A stretch of DNA of 64,000 nt, taken from the NCBI GenBank assembly GCA_022813865.1, contig JALDZX010000013.1:248001-312000 (forward strand). The letters are read 5' to 3'. Below are positions 12,154-26,355 of this stretch, piece after piece. The notes below the pieces were generated by a model. The model did not search any database. It worked only from the letters and a program-made list of their open reading frames with translations, and was not told where the DNA came from. The translations under genes and the position numbers were made by a program. How positions within the stretch are numbered: position 1 is the stretch's first letter; every line of letters starts with the position of its first letter. Source of the DNA: Xylographa opegraphella (Eukaryota).

Positions 12154-14517
12154 ATGAGTGCCTCCCGTCTACCGCGCAGAAAATCAGCAGCTCATAAGCT
12201 AGGCGCTCGCCCGCTAAAAAGAAAGCGAGACGAGGAAGACCTTGCAGCTCTTGACCAACGAGTCAAGGACCTTGACCCAAAAGACGAAGTCAAAGCTTTT
12301 GCTGATCTGCCTCTTTCGCAGCCGACATCCTCTGGACTCGAGGCTTCCCACTTCAAGGCTCTCACCGATATCCAGCAAAAGGCCATTCCAATCGCACTAA
12401 AGGGCTCCGATATACTGGGAGCCGCGAAGACGGGCAGTGGAAAAACTCTTGCATTCTTGGTACCGGTGCTCGAGAATCTCTATCGAAGAAGATGTACAGA
12501 ATTAGATGGCCTTGGCGCTCTCATACTGTCGCCGACGAGGGAATTGGCAATCCAGATCTTTGAAGTGCTGCGGAACATTGGGCGGAACCACACGTTTTCG
12601 GCTGGCTTGGTCATAGGAGGCAAGAGTCTACAAGAGGAGAGGGAGAGGCTTAGGCGGATGAATATATTGGTCTGCACTCCTGGAAGAATGCTGCAGCACA
12701 TGGACCAAACAGCCGCGTTTGAGATTGATAATTTGCAAATGCTGGTCCTGGACGAGGCGGATAGGATCATGGACATGGGCTTCCAAAGCACTGTTGACGC
12801 TATAGTGGAGCATCTTCCGAAGTCGAGACAGACTTTATTGTTCAGCGCTACACAGACCAAAAAAGTGTCCGATCTTGCTAGATTGAGCTTAAAAGACCCA
12901 GAATATGTTTCAGTGCACGAGCAGGCTAATAGTGCAACTCCATCAACTTTACAGCAGCACTACATCATTACACCCCTTCCTGAAAAGCTCGATACGTTAT
13001 GGAGCTTCATTCGAGCCAATCTGAAGTCCAAAATATTGGTGTTTCTATCCTCAGGGAAGCAGGTACGCTTCGTATACGAGAGCTTTAGGCATCTGCAGCC
13101 TGGTATACCACTATTACATTTACATGGTAGGCAGAAACAGACAGCAAGACTAGACATTACCACAAAATTTGCAGCCACCAAGAACACGTGCCTCTTCGCT
13201 ACGGACGTAGTTGCGCGAGGACTGGATTTTCCTGCAGTGGATTGGGTCATCCAGCTCGACTGCCCGGAAGATGCAGAGACCTATATACACCGCGTCGGCC
13301 GAACTGCACGGTACGAGCGAGACGGGCGAGCCGTAATATTCATAGAGCCAAGTGAGGAGGAAGGGATGCTGGCGCGACTGAAGCAGAAGAAAGTTCCTAT
13401 TGAGATGATTAAGGTTAAGCAGAAGAAGCAGCAAAGTATCCGGAACCAGCTGCAGAACATGTGCTTCAAAGACCCCGAGCTCAAGTATCTTGGTCAGAAA
13501 GCCTTCGTGTCATATGTGCGGTCGGTACACATTCAGAAAGATAAAGAAATTTTCAAGATTAATGAGCTACCTTTGGAGGAGTTCTCTGCCAGCTTAGGCC
13601 TTCCGGGCGCTCCACGTATCAAGTTCCAGAAGGGAGACGATACAAAGACGCGTAAAAATGCCCCTCGACAAGCATTGTCGTCATCTGACGATGAGGATGA
13701 TCCTGTGAAAGGCAAGACCCTCAAGAATCAAGCAGAAGTGCGCACAAAGTACGATCGGATGTTTGAGCGTCGCAACCAAGACGTGCTTGCAGAGCACTAT
13801 GCAAATCTCATCGACGATGACACCAACCAACACGACCATCGCAACGGAGACGCAGATGAAGACAATGACTTCCTAACTGTAAAGCGCCGCCTCAGCAACG
13901 CCTCGTCATCCACCCACAGCATCTCACCCGAACCCACTAACACAATTCAACCCCAATTCAGAACCGTCCCCCTTCCCGGTGCAGCTCCCCTCATCATCGA
14001 CTCCAAGCGACGCGAAAAACTTCTCAAGTCCAAGAAAGCTATGCTCCGGCTCAAAGGCAAAGGCACCAAACTTGTGTTCGACGACGAGGGCAACTCGCAT
14101 GAGATTTACGAGCTCGAGGACGAAGAGCAATTCAAGCAGCGCGGCACGGCTGATGATCAGCGACAGAGATTCTTGGAGGCGGAGAAAGAGAGGGTACAGG
14201 AGGCGGATAGGGAGGATAAGAGGGCGGCGAGGGAGAAGAAGAAAGAGAAGAAGGAGAAGAGGAAGGCGAGGGAGAGGATGGAGGATGGGGAGGTAGAGGT
14301 GGAGGACGAGGATGAGGTGGGGGCTGTGTTGGTGCCTTATGAGGAGGAGGAGACCCCTAAAGATGTGAGTCTGGAGGAGATGCCAGTAAGGAAAAGACCG
14401 AGGAAATGGTTTGAGGATGAGGAGGAGGATACGGGCGAGCGAGAAGTGATGAAGCAGCCTATAGAACCCGAAACGTTGGAGGATCTAGAGGCCCTTGCTT
14501 CCGGGCTTCTGGGCTGA
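12154..14517 (+). CDS. DBP4: ATP-dependent DEAD-box RNA helicase DBP4 (DDX10; 40S biogenesis)
   Basis: Intronless 787 aa. [45 protein letters not shown]4-type [14 protein letters not shown] and KLVFDDEG. Confidence 0.95.
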   Translation: MSASRLPRRKSAAHKLGARPLKRKRDEEDLAALDQRVKDLDPKDEVKAFADLPLSQPTSSGLEASHFKALTDIQQKAIPIALKGSDILGAAKTGSGKTLAFLVPVLENLYRRRCTELDGLGALILSPTRELAIQIFEVLRNIGRNHTFSAGLVIGGKSLQEERERLRRMNILVCTPGRMLQHMDQTAAFEIDNLQMLVLDEADRIMDMGFQSTVDAIVEHLPKSRQTLLFSATQTKKVSDLARLSLKDPEYVSVHEQANSATPSTLQQHYIITPLPEKLDTLWSFIRANLKSKILVFLSSGKQVRFVYESFRHLQPGIPLLHLHGRQKQTARLDITTKFAATKNTCLFATDVVARGLDFPAVDWVIQLDCPEDAETYIHRVGRTARYERDGRAVIFIEPSEEEGMLARLKQKKVPIEMIKVKQKKQQSIRNQLQNMCFKDPELKYLGQKAFVSYVRSVHIQKDKEIFKINELPLEEFSASLGLPGAPRIKFQKGDDTKTRKNAPRQALSSSDDEDDPVKGKTLKNQAEVRTKYDRMFERRNQDVLAEHYANLIDDDTNQHDHRNGDADEDNDFLTVKRRLSNASSSTHSISPEPTNTIQPQFRTVPLPGAAPLIIDSKRREKLLKSKKAMLRLKGKGTKLVFDDEGNSHEIYELEDEEQFKQRGTADDQRQRFLEAEKERVQEADREDKRAAREKKKEKKEKRKARERMEDGEVEVEDEDEVGAVLVPYEEEETPKDVSLEEMPVRKRPRKWFEDEEEDTGEREVMKQPIEPETLEDLEALASGLLG

Positions 14518-15938
14518 AGATCGTTCGCTATACGACAATCCCATAGCGCAGTCCAGGTGACATTCACATACATCATACCAAGCATGTCGTGTATTTGCTT
14601 ACTGGCATGTCCACTGGATTGACATAATTCTGCATGCCCTTTTGTGTGGGAAAACACTGCCCTTCCATACAATGGAGCCCAACAGCTTCACACCACATGA
14701 CATGGGAAGCCCACCCTTTATCACCGAAGGCGCCCTCCAGCATAACAAAAGAAGCCGGGGCTTGACGTTGAAATAAGATTTTAGCAGATCGAAGACATCG
14801 ACATCTTTCCAGTACTACGTCGTACATTTAAACTTTTGGTGAATGGCCTCAACACAAATCCTGGATTTAGCGAACCCTAGCTATCAAACTCTAATAAGCG
14901 AGTCAAGGCTGGGGCAGCAGGCTAGGCCCTTCGAGAGAGTAGTGCATCAATCGCATGGGCTTTTATGTTAGGTATGGCGGAACTCGTGGTTTCGTGATCT
15001 ATTGGTGTGATCTGATGTGATATCATTGGAACGTCTGTTTATGGTAGTGATTTATGAGAAAACAATGGCAATGCGAAGGCTATTCTCGGAGAGCCATTGA
15101 TCGTTATTTTCTTCATTGAAATTAAATGTGTAGCTGTGATTCAATCTCAGCTAGCATAGAAGATATGTGCAAAGCTCTCCGTTGGTATCATAAGCAGTAT
15201 TCACGTCCGGCTCACTGCGCTTTCTCTTCTGGTCGCACGAAGACCAACGCTCAACTGTGTCAGTAGTATAAGTTGTAATTCGTCTACTAGGATGGACAGG
15301 CCAATGGATTGGTGTACACTCGATTTGGTGGCTCTACCGCTTTGTACTAGCAGTAGAAGGTCCAACGTTTGCTTGCGGAGAATTAAGAACCGTACAATTA
15401 TTTCAGAGTTCTCCCTGAAAGTGCTCACGCAACTCGAGCACGGGTGTGTTTCCGCTATCCGCATCGGTCATATCCAACGGAGATACTTGAATCATTCGAA
15501 ATGGAAACAAGTCTAGAACGGTTCTGTCAGGCTCTCTTGAGCCGGATACCAGCGTCAAATATCCAGGCTCTAGTATGTATGGTAGATATGACTACCGATT
15601 AAATATGTATATTGCAGTACAGTAATTTTTGCTGGAATCGAGAGATCTATCAATTTTTGGGCAGGGGTTTCGAATACAATGAATAATGCTCGATTGATTG
15701 TAGATGCTATGCTCTTGATACGGGGGTTATTCATGCCAATAATTTGGGTAAGGTAGCTGAAGGATGATGCGTAACAGTCACAAACCCTGAGCGGCTTCCA
15801 GGGTCTTATCCTGTCAGCCCTATATTTTTGCCCGGAAGGACCCCGCTGACGTTGACAAGGCTGCAAGGTAAAGTCGGGGCAGGTCCTCTACAAGCAACGC
15901 AGTTTACAGAAACTTGAGCGGCCATGAAACGAATCTGA

Positions 15939-16789
15939 ATGTGCAGTGTTGCAATGACAGAGGCTGCGCATGAGTCTTTGGCCAACGGAGTCGCAGACAG
16001 CGTCAATGGCAACGCCCCACTCCGGGCGCTCTGCATCTCAATACGCTCTCGCATTGAAGCATTTCTTCAGGAAGACCTCGAGACGGAAAAGTTGAGAAAC
16101 GTACAGGCGCAAACCCGGACAGCTCTCAATGTGATCCTCGAGGCTTTGAATAGATACCCGTACGGTGCACTCTTCCCTTCACCTCCAGTTGAGCTGACTC
16201 TTGTCGTTGGCCCGGCAGTCTCACCGCCCTATCGCTTTCCTACAATGGCGGCAAAGACTGCCTCGTCCTCCTTATAATCTACCTCGCAGCCCTCGCGGAC
16301 TATCCAGATCTCCCATCGAACCTCGAATCCATTTATATCGTCCCTCCTCACCCGTTTCCCGAAGTCAACGCCTTCGTCGCCTCCTCATCCATCTCTTACC
16401 ACTTATCCCTCACACATTTTTCTCGCGAGAGTATGAAAACCGCTTTCGCAGATTACCTGAAAGTGAAGCCGGAAGTAAAAGCGATATTTGTTGGCACCCG
16501 AAGGACGGATCCGCATGGGGGCAAGCTGACGCATTTCGATCCGACGGATGGAGGCTGGCCGCCATTCATGAGAATACACCCCGTTATTGATTGGCATTAT
16601 ACAGAGATCTGGGAGTTTATACGGCATTTAGAGATTCCTTATTGCGAACTGTACGATATGGGGTACACCAGCCTAGGAGGCACAACGGATACGAAGCCGA
16701 ATCCGGCATTAAGGAATGGGGAAGGTGGATATAAGCCGGCATACGAGCTAGTAGAGGATGATGAAGAGAGATTAGGGCGAGACCGGTAA
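15939..16789 (+). CDS. FAD1: FAD synthetase (PAPS-reductase fold, ~263 aa)
   Basis: Removing intron 16160-16218 restores LSYNGGKDC. Also GTRRTDPHG, DGGWPPFMRIHPVIDW, LYDMGYTSLGG, ERLGR. Start could be 15954. Confidence 0.9.
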
Positions 16790-17014
16790 CATATAAGGAA
16801 CTGGGGCGGAAATATTAAGCATATAGACCAATTTAGAAACATGGCTGTCGGTGCTATGTTCGAGATATCGAATTCTTGATAGCAATATCACACAGCCTTG
16901 AAATGCACGTAATTGTTTCAGTAGCATGCGGAGAAGTGTTGATCAAATCTGCAACAGACGGCGATTTCCTTGCGTTGAATTTCGAGCGGTAAAATTCATA
17001 ACAGGTCGTCTCTC

Positions 17015-18141
17015 TCAGCCCCTATTCAGCGTATTCCCACTGCCTTTAGGATTATCCTCTTTAAATTCATCCCATGATCTTGCCTTCAGGGTCTCTTTAT
17101 CAGCAGCATCAAAGTCATCTTCGTTCACGAGTGGCTGTATACCACTTTGTTCGCCACCGCCTTCGATAATACCTCCTCGCCTCTTCTCCTCAGCGAGATA
17201 CTCCTCGATAGTCATCGTGGGAAGACTGTGATCTGGTCGAAAGACCCCATCCCGCAGTTTTTGCCGGTTATCCAGCAGAGTAAACGGCTTCAGTGGCTTG
17301 CCATCCTTGCTAAGGATCGGACCAGCGTTACCGTTGCGTAATAATTGAGAGATGGGTGGATCGAGGCGAGTAGAGTATGAGTCTGTGATCATGCCAGTAC
17401 GGGAACGATAATCCCGTTCGAGAGCAGAAGGATCACGAGGCGGTGTAGGAGGAGCTGAAGCGATCATTCTAAACTCCTGAGCTATAAAGTCAAGAGCGTA
17501 GAAAGTCTGATGAGTGTGAAGAGCGAGCTCTGCATGGTATAAGGCGCGAAGAGCGGAGTCGTCATTTTCGAGAGCCGAGGGCGTTTGAGTTAGATACTGC
17601 ATGCGCTCGTCAGAGCTGCATATTTCGCGCAATAGGCTTGCTGATTTACCTCCAGTTTTTGTTTGAGGTCCGTTTCTTGCTTGAACCGCGCAATCTTTAT
17701 TTCTCTTCTAGTTGATATATCGGAGCTTGCTAGGAGAGTGAAGGCGTTTCGGTCCTCCAAGTATCTCCCATAGAGTTTTTTATCTTTCGGTGAAAGTATA
17801 CGATATGTGTCCAGAAGGCCGAGATAGCGCTCATAAGCTTGCCGGGAATCTTGAAGGAGGCGTGTTCGATTCTCGGCAATCTTCTTAACGATAAGATCCC
17901 CCAAGAAATAATCCATTGACAAATACTGTAGATCTCTGGACGAGATGTCCTCCTCCATCTCGTTTGGACTGAAGAGTGAAACATTGTCGGCAATCTTCCG
18001 GCATTCTTCCAGGGCAGCAATAGCATTCTGCAAATTTTCCTGGTAGGCTTCCGAAGTAGACTGTAATGATTCCAATTGCTTTCGTAGACCTTTGGCTCTC
18101 GCAAATAACGTACGAATATTGACATCCACCAATTCTGCCAT
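17015..18141 (-). CDS. TAP42: PP2A-associated TAP42/alpha4 protein (~357 aa)
   Basis: Exons 18141-17650 and 17596-17015. SLFSPNE, RREIKIARFK, VFRPDHSLPTMTIEEYL, KARSWDEFKEDNPKGSGN. Confidence 0.93.
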
Positions 18142-18367
18142 ATTTCCAGTGTGTAGTACCTGTTCCAGGTAGATGATCTAACAGGAATGTCAAGATGCGC
18201 CTTGGTCGCGCCTAATTTGACGCCGAAGCGACAATGTCATTCCGAATCACCGTCAGAAGCTCTAGATCCATCAGCACTTCGTATACAGAATATTACTCTG
18301 CATTATGTGTTCCGTAAAAGCTGCTGAGTTGGTGCTCGAGACTTATCAATGTCTAGCTTGAAGGTTC

Positions 18368-18385
18368 TCGTGATTTAAATCACGA
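18368..18385. promoter_or_regulatory. Perfect 18-bp palindrome in the TAP42/DCL1 divergent promoter
   Basis: TCGTGATTTAAATCACGA is its own reverse complement. It is flanked by the direct repeat GTGCTCGAGA at 18332-18341 and 18398-18407. Function is inferred only. Confidence 0.4.
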
Positions 18386-18676
18386 TTGAAGTTTGACGTG
18401 CTCGAGATCCAACTTAAGGGCGTTGAGAAGTCGCAACGCGACCGTTACCGAGACGGCTTAATTTTATAACACTTTTGACCATTGACCAAGTTCTTTATCT
18501 GTTTGTCTACCTACAATGTACATGTCACACTCGTCGTTCAGAGCAAACTGTGATGGTGGGGTAGTCGCTTGACGATTGGCTTTAGTTCATGTTGTCTCTG
18601 GCGATATAACGCCTTGACAACTTCTTCACTCATCTTCATACATTCTCTGGTTCAGATATAACCTCGTTTTGAAATA

Positions 18677-21600
18677 ATGGCAACTGTTACGATTGCCTCA
18701 CCTTTGCTTGCTGATATAGCCATGCCTGAAGACCCAGATGACCAAGTACAACCACAAGATACTTTCATAGCTATTCCAGCTAGTGCAAACAAACCAACTA
18801 CTCCCGTTTTGGAGGAACCGTTTGTTCCCGAGGGTCTTGACGAGACGGATAGTGAGCATGACGATGACTCAAGTCCGAGGTCGTGGCATGTCACAGAACA
18901 ACGACGTCTTCAAAATTCTATATTTTCTGCCTGGTATGAGGGAGTTCCTCACTGTAGTGCCGAAGAATGTTAACTTTACCAGGCTCTTGAAACGGGCTGA
19001 GAAGACAACGAAAGAAGAAGCCAAGGCCGTGCTTCAGAATGCTGACGATGAAGCTTTATCAATCCGTAATCTCATGGCCAAACAAGAGTCAAACGTAATC
19101 ATAGGTGATCCACGGGAATACCAGATCGAACTGTTCGAGAGAGCCAAGAAGCAGGACATTATCGCGGTTCTCGACACAGGTATGATTTGTCTCTCAAGTG
19201 TATAAATGCTCTAAAGTGGACTTTAGGCTCTGGAAAGACTCTCATAGCTGTACTGCTCCTGAAGCACATCATGGAACAAGAACTCGAGAATCGAGCGCTG
19301 GGAACCCCGCGTCGTATAGCTTTCTTTGTTGTCCGTATCCTCGAAATGTGGATATGCTTGCTAGCACTCTAATAGCCGTCAGGTCAACTGTGTGACTTTA
19401 GTCTTTCAGCAGTTTGCAGTTCTCGAATGTAACCTCAACCAAAAGATCGATCGATTCTGTGGCGATATGAATACAGATCTGTGGACTAAAGCTGTTTGGG
19501 ACAAGCACTTTCAAGACAATATGGCCATTGTTTGCACAGCCGAGGTCTTGTATAACTGCCTGTTACACTCGTTCATAGGCATAGACCAGATCAGTCTACT
19601 CATATTCGATGAAGCACATCATGCGAAAAAGAATCACACTTATGCAAGGTAAGAACACCTATCTGTTGACGTAATACCGGTCTGACTTAACTCTAGGATC
19701 ATTAAGGATTTTTATATAGCTGAACCAGACCTCAATAAACGACCGAAGATATTCGGGATGACAGCCTCTCCCGTCGACGCCAAGGTTGATGTTGTTCAGG
19801 CAGCCAGGTAGCTCCTTTGTCTCCGATCTATGAATCTCCAATTCTGATGAGACAACAAGAGAACTAGAAACCTTGCTACATTGCCAGATTGCAACCACTG
19901 CAGATATCTCATTACTCAGGACATCAATCAGCAGGCCGTCAGAGCATGTACTGCCATATCGGCAGTTGCCACCTCCTTACATGACGGCATTGTGTTCAGA
20001 GATCTATGAAAGGTTCAAAGACATGGAACCTTTAGTTCGCCTTTTACGCAGTTCTAAAGAGGCTACCTCTGATCTTGGAGAATGGGCCGCTGATCATCTC
20101 TGGTCCGTTGCACTAACAGATGACGGAGCAAGCAAAATGGAGCGTGAAGTCGAACAAACGTTCCTATCCGAGAAACAGCAGCGGCCAGTTGAAGACTTGA
20201 ATCAAACCGTGGCACGAGTTCGTGAACTCACAGAATTCGTGAGAAGTTACGCATTCCCACCCCTGTCCTTCGAAGGTAATAGTGTTAGCTCTAAAGTGAT
20301 CCGTCTTCATGAATATCTCAATAGCGTCTTTGAAAGGCCTACTGATGCACGTTGTATTGTTTTCGTGAAGCAGCGCTACACGGCCCGTCTTTTGGCTGAG
20401 ATTTTCAAGCGAATTGGAAGTCCCCATGTGAAGCTAGGACTATTGATTGGAACAAATTCCATGGAAGCTGGAGAGATGAAATTTTCCGTTAGACAACAGG
20501 TTCTGACGATCATGAAATTTCGGAAAGGAGATCTGAACTGTCTAGTAAGTGCATGAATTTCGACACTGACACTGGACTGAATTTATTAGTTCGCAACTTC
20601 CATTGCCGAAGAAGGACTTGACATACCAGACTGCAATACTGTCATTAGGTAATGGTTCTCTTACTGGTTTTCTTACACCAGGCTAACCTAGCAAAAGGTT
20701 TGATCTCTGTGCAACGTTGATCCAGTATATTCAAAGCCGGGGACGAGCAAGACACAAAAATTCCAAAGTGCGCCCTTGAGCCTACTCTGAAGATATGAGC
20801 TGAAGTGCAACAGTACGTACATATGATTGAACAGGGTAATCGACAGCACGCCCAAGCAGTGAAAGACGTTCGCGATAACGAGGTACGCCCCATGCTGTAA
20901 GTGACGATTATTGTCCTTGACGAAGAAAATCTAGGATATTCTACAAAATTTTTGTGAAGCGTTGCCAGCGGATCGATTGCTCTTGGGGAACGATTATGAT
21001 CTAGAAGAAGCACTCGCTAAAGAGCGAACTCATCGAACTTACACCGAGCCCACGACAGGGGCGAAATTGACATACCGATCCAGTATCGTAATACTGGCCC
21101 ATTTTGTGGGTTCTTTGGTAAGGAATTCTATATAATTTCTATATCTTCTATGCTGATGAACATAGCCCCACGATCATGACACTACCTTGCGAGCATCTTA
21201 TGTTATGTCCGTCGAAAGCAAGCAGTATGTTTGCGAGGTCATCCTGCCAGAGTTCTCTCCCATAGTATCTGTCGTTGGACGTCCCTCCCCACGCAAAGCT
21301 ATTGCAAAATGCTCTGCAGCATTTGAGGCGTGTTTGAGGTTACGGAAGGGAGGATACTTGGATAGTAATCTTCTACCAATATACCATAAGCAACTACCAG
21401 CCATGAGGAATGCGCAACTGGCCCTGGGCTTGAGGAAAACTAATGTTTATGATATGAGAGTAAAGCCCGACGTGTGGAAGCAGACTTGGGGAGCTATCCC
21501 GACTGAACTGTATATGACAGTTCTTGACGTCAAGGATGCTGAAGCCCTGGGTAGGCAATCGCAGCCGCTGGCATTGCTGACTCGGTTTCTGATGTCCAAC

Positions 21601-24068
21601 TTGCCTTCTTTTCCATTGCATCTTCGACCGGGCATAGCTTCTGAAATATCATGCAAGCCTTTGACAAATAGCATTAAGCTTACAGATTGCATGATGGGAA
21701 GGCTTACCAGCTTTACATTGCGCATTTACAAGGACATATTCAACAAGACATATGAGACTAACGAACCCAGCATGTCTTACTGGCTCGCGCCGTTGATCCA
21801 TAATCGGTCAACTAATCTTCCTGCCTGTGATCCTCGAACCATCATTGACTGGGCAGTTATGGATACGGTCCACAAAAACGAGGAGATTCCCTGGACAATA
21901 GATACACCTGTGGAAGACCTGTCGAATCGCTACCTTGTTGATCGATGGGATGGTGGACGTCGTTTTTTCTCTATCGGTGTCGCTCCTGGCCTGAATCCTG
22001 GCGATCCGGTGCCGGAAGGGTGCGCAGCTCATAAATACATGGATACAATCCTCGACTACACTGTCAGTCTCTTCTCGAAATCGAGGGCCAGGGCGACATG
22101 GAGGAAGGATCAACCGGTGCTACTTGCACATCGTGTTCTTCACCGGCGTAATTGGCTTGACGACTGGAGTGAGTCGGAGCAGAATTCGAAGACAATCAGC
22201 TATCTCTGTCCTGAACCTTTGAAGTTCTCAGCAGTAAGTCATCGAGCTGGAGTGTCAAAGAGATTATTCTCTAACGAAGTCAAGCTTCCAACTACTGTCG
22301 CTGCAACGGGGTACTTATTGCCAGCCATCATCTTTCGACTAGAGGCCTATCTTATTGTGCTAGAGGCTTGCACTAAGCTCGGGCTCATTGTCAAGCCCGA
22401 ACTTGCACTGGAAGCATTGACAAAGGACTCCGACAATACAGAAGAGCACAGGACTGAGCAAGTGCATTTCCAGCGTGGCATGGGGAAAAACTACGAACGT
22501 CTCGAGTTTATTGGTGACTGTTTTCTCAAGATGGCAACTTCAGTATCCCTGTATGCGCAGAATGCCGGAGATGACGAGTTTGAGTCGCATGTGAAGAGAA
22601 TGCTCATGATTTGCAACGCGAACCTCTTCAATGTTGCAACGCAGGTCAAGCTTTACGAGTACATACGTACGCAGGGCTTCAGCAGGTAAGCAAAGCTAGG
22701 TGACGATCGTAAAATGTACTAATCGAGACCAAGGCGCACGTGGTATCCGGAAGGCATCAAGTTGCTCGAAGGAAAAGGTCATAAAAAGACAGGAAACGAA
22801 GTATTCAAGCATCATCTCAATGATAAGACCATTGCCGACGTTAGCGAAGCTCTGATCGGAGCCTCACTGTTATCATATAATGACACGGGCGACATGGACA
22901 TGGCAGTCAAGGCTGTAACCGTCTTTGTGTCTAGCTCCGACCACGCTGCTGAGAAATGGGATGACTACTACAAGCTTTATCAACTTCCGGCATATCAGAC
23001 CGCTGCTTCGACCGCATGGCAGGTGGACTTAGCTGTTCAAGTGGAACGAGCACATAGCTACCACTTTAGATATCCTCGACTTCTACACTCTGCTTTCACA
23101 CATCCGTCATACCCGTGTGGAATCGGTCGAGATAGAATTCCGAGTTACCAACGTCTGGAGTTCCTTGGCGATTCGTTGCTAGACATGGTCTGTGTCAGCT
23201 ATCTGTTCTATCGGTATCCGGACCGTGATCCTCAGTGGTTGACAGAGCATAAGGTATATCATTGAGTCTCCTAGTCCTTAAATCCAGATAGGTGACTGAA
23301 TTGTATAGATGGCTATGGTTTCAAACAAGTTCCTCGGAGCTCTCTCCGTCAAGCTCGGCTTCCACAAGCACCTTCGTCTACTCGATTCATCACACATTCA
23401 CCAGATCCAAGAATATGTGTTGGAAATTACGGAAGCATATGCGGAGCTAAATGTTGCCAGGGATTATTGGACGACGACGAAGAACCCTCCCAAAGTAAGC
23501 GTTCTAGATCAGCCTAGGTGGACAAGAAGCTGATACTCCTCGCAGTGTCTTCCTGACATTGTGGAATCGTACATTGGAGCTATCTTCGTCGATTCTGAAT
23601 TCGACTACAAGGAGGTGGAGCGGTTCTTTGAGGATCACGTCAGATGGTACTTCGAAGACATGAGCATCTACGACACTTTCGCGAACTGCCACCCCACGGT
23701 GAGACACCCAAACAGGGCTGCGACTCATAATGCTGACTTCCCAATAGACCTTCCTGAGTAACCTCCTCACCCTGAACTTCGGCTGCACGAACTACCGTCT
23801 CATGTCGAATGAGCTACCAAGCATCATGGAAGGAGTACCGGCCCGCGTTGTTGCCGTCGTCATGATCCACAACGAAATCATCACGGATGGGGAGGCGGTG
23901 TCGAGCAGGTATGCGAAGCTGAAAGCCAGCTCCAAAGCTTTGGAACTGCTCACGGGGCTCGCGCCTTTCGAATATCGGATCCAGTACCGTTGCGACTGCT
24001 CGGATACGAAAGCAGGGGATAGGAAGGATGTGCAGCGCATGGAGGAGATTATGGGAAGTGCCATATAG
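18677..24068 (+). CDS. dcl1: Dicer-like protein 1 (helicase, DUF283, PAZ-like, 2x RNase III, dsRBD/Zn)
   Basis: About 15 short introns. [53 protein letters not shown], RNase IIIa [12 protein letters not shown], RNase IIIb [12 protein letters not shown]-terminal CDC. Confidence 0.95.
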
Positions 24069-25203
24069 GCGTTCATTTTTAGATAGCAAGTCTAGATCTC
24101 GCGTATGCGATGAGGTGTGGCGAGGGTCAAGATGTGATTTGTTCTGGGTTTCTGGGATTGGCCGGTATAGATGGTAGCGTAGATCACAAAATAAAAATCC
24201 GAGAGTATTGAATAAGCTTCATCTTTATCCTTGTATTTGAAATGCGTGTATGCTGCGATTATCAAAGCTCCTGTTTGTAGTAGCTTCCTGCAAAATAGAA
24301 AGAGAGCTCGGTAACGTAATGGCAGAGAATCGAGTGCCTGGTGGTGAAAGTCTCGAACACGAACAACACCCATGCACTGAAGAACCCTATTCCGGGCATA
24401 CACATAAGCCGACGACTATCCAGCTTCCAAAAGAAAACGAACAACCATCCCAAAAAGCCTCGAAGCAGCCCCCAAAAATTGCAAAAACATACCCGGAGGG
24501 ATATGAAACTCAGCCGGTGCTTGGTTTTTTCTATCTAAGAATATGTTTTGGTCAGTTGTCAACCCTGGGACTCGACCCCAGGGACCACAGGATGGCGTGC
24601 TCAGACATACGTCTGCATTCAGGGCACCAGCCGCGTATTGGTGATCAACTCCCCAACCGAGTATAGTTGGATCTTTGCTGGAATCGACCTGCGATCTAAA
24701 CCGGGCAACCATCCTGTGATGGAAGGAGTTGTTCATTAATAATTGATATACCTTTATTTTCCCACCACCCCCTTTAGGGACTGCGCTTCCACAACAGCAC
24801 CCCTTTCGCTCAGCAATGCTTCCCTTCGCTCTTCACCTGTCTACATCTTCCTGGTCTCTTGGTGCATGCACTTTTTCCTGACGATATCCATGCACTATCG
24901 CGCGATGATGCAAGTTACGTTCTTCTTCTTAACACTTGATGCACTCATTGATAACCTGTAAAATAGCTCGGTATGCTCGCACTATAACTGCCAGCAAAGG
25001 CAGTCTTGTCGTCGCAACTTGCTACCCAGCTTGTTACTGGGTCGCGACGATTTACACCGGTCCACACCCATCTATCTCAACAACAAGCAAATCGAAGACA
25101 TTATTTGAAGCACATCATATCGTTCAAATTAACAATTTTTTGATCTCAGTGTTCATGCATACATCGTGGCTTTTTCTTCTCACGCGATTTAAAAGGGATG
25201 CGA

Positions 25204-25894
25204 CTAATTTGGCGACTGAGCATTGGTAGACAGAAAAAGCACACAAGAAGCGACAATAGCAGTGGCTACGACAGTGAAGACCTGTTATGCCGTATCTCCG
25301 TCAGCATCGACCTCATCAAAGCTGAAGAATCTCTCATACAAATCGACCTACAATGGGAAGGGTTTTGCGAAGGAGCAACCCCCGCGCCGTTCCAAAGCTT
25401 GCGATACCGAGAAGGGCTTACCAGCTGTGTCTTCCAGCCACTTTGCACCAAAGCCCTCCTCCGTGCATACTTCTGCACTGTTTGTACATAATTCGCCGCT
25501 CCGCTGGCCAGACACGCAAGACTCAGAGCCCAGAATGTCAACCCGACCGGCAAGGCAATCTGACGTTCGATGGCGGTGGGTTGGTGCTTCAAATGGAAGG
25601 AGACCACTATGGCTACACTCACGACGGACATGTATATGGAGAGGCGCAGCCAGGAGAGGAACGTACGCTCATTGGCGCAGTGGTCGCGGGCATCGGAGGA
25701 GTTATTGGGGACCAGGAGAGGGGAGAAAAGAGGGAGTGGGTAAGAGCGGGAGGATGAGGAAGGTCTATCGGCGGTTAGCACAATCAGTTCAGGAACGCTC
25801 GGGAGCTCAATGGGGTCTACGTCTCGTATTCAGACTCGTCGACCGGGCGGATGCCGAAGGGAGAGGTTAGGTAGGCGATGATGGTGGGGGCCAT
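25204..25894 (-). CDS. DUF202 small membrane protein (~164 aa)
   Basis: Exons 25894-25821, 25764-25422, 25281-25204. Signature DARDHCANERTFLSWLR followed by three hydrophobic helices. Confidence 0.85.
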
Positions 25895-26355
25895 ATTGGC
25901 TGGAACAGTGCTATCTACTTATTTCTCATCAGTCAGGATCAAATTTAGATGGAATTGACATATAATCATGGAAAACCTGTGCCTGAAGCGCATAATCGGG
26001 TATCATCCAGAGGTTGAAGTAGATGCCACACATCGAGCCTAGCGCCGGACTTAGGGTTTTACACCAATGCGGGGCGGATAAACTTGCCGTTTCTGGAGCC
26101 TCAGCCCAGGGAAAAGCTTGTCTTATCGAAGGGCGCGCAGCTCTGACGTCGAATTGATACGACGGTGCATGCGAGGTACATACAAGGCTTCTGCTGTCAA
26201 TTACATACTTACCACTTTCTGATTGTGGGAGGAAACTTTTGGAAATCAATTGGGCTGGTAGTCATTCCGCAGCGCTTCAGCGAACCGATAATTCTGCAAT
26301 TTTAACCCAGAACTCGCTACCTTCTCCTACGAGATTCGAAATCTTGACCAAGGCA

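Noticed and set aside
15530..15560. CTTGAGCCGGATACCAGCG resembles part of a TPP riboswitch
   Set aside because: The other conserved aptamer segments are missing and no thiamine gene is adjacent.
14520..15930. Short ORFs and splice-like signals between DBP4 and FAD1 (e.g. ETSLERFCQALLSRIP, about 15390-15600)
   Set aside because: I could not build a coherent gene model. It may be a gene relic and needs tBLASTn or RNA-seq.
24250..25200. Overlapping 60-140 aa ORFs between dcl1 and the DUF202 gene
   Set aside because: No motifs or consistent exon chain; likely UTR or intergenic sequence.
25282..25421. TGATGA...CTGA in the 140-nt DUF202 intron as a C/D snoRNA
   Set aside because: The boxes are only 8 nt apart and the CTGAC is the branch site.
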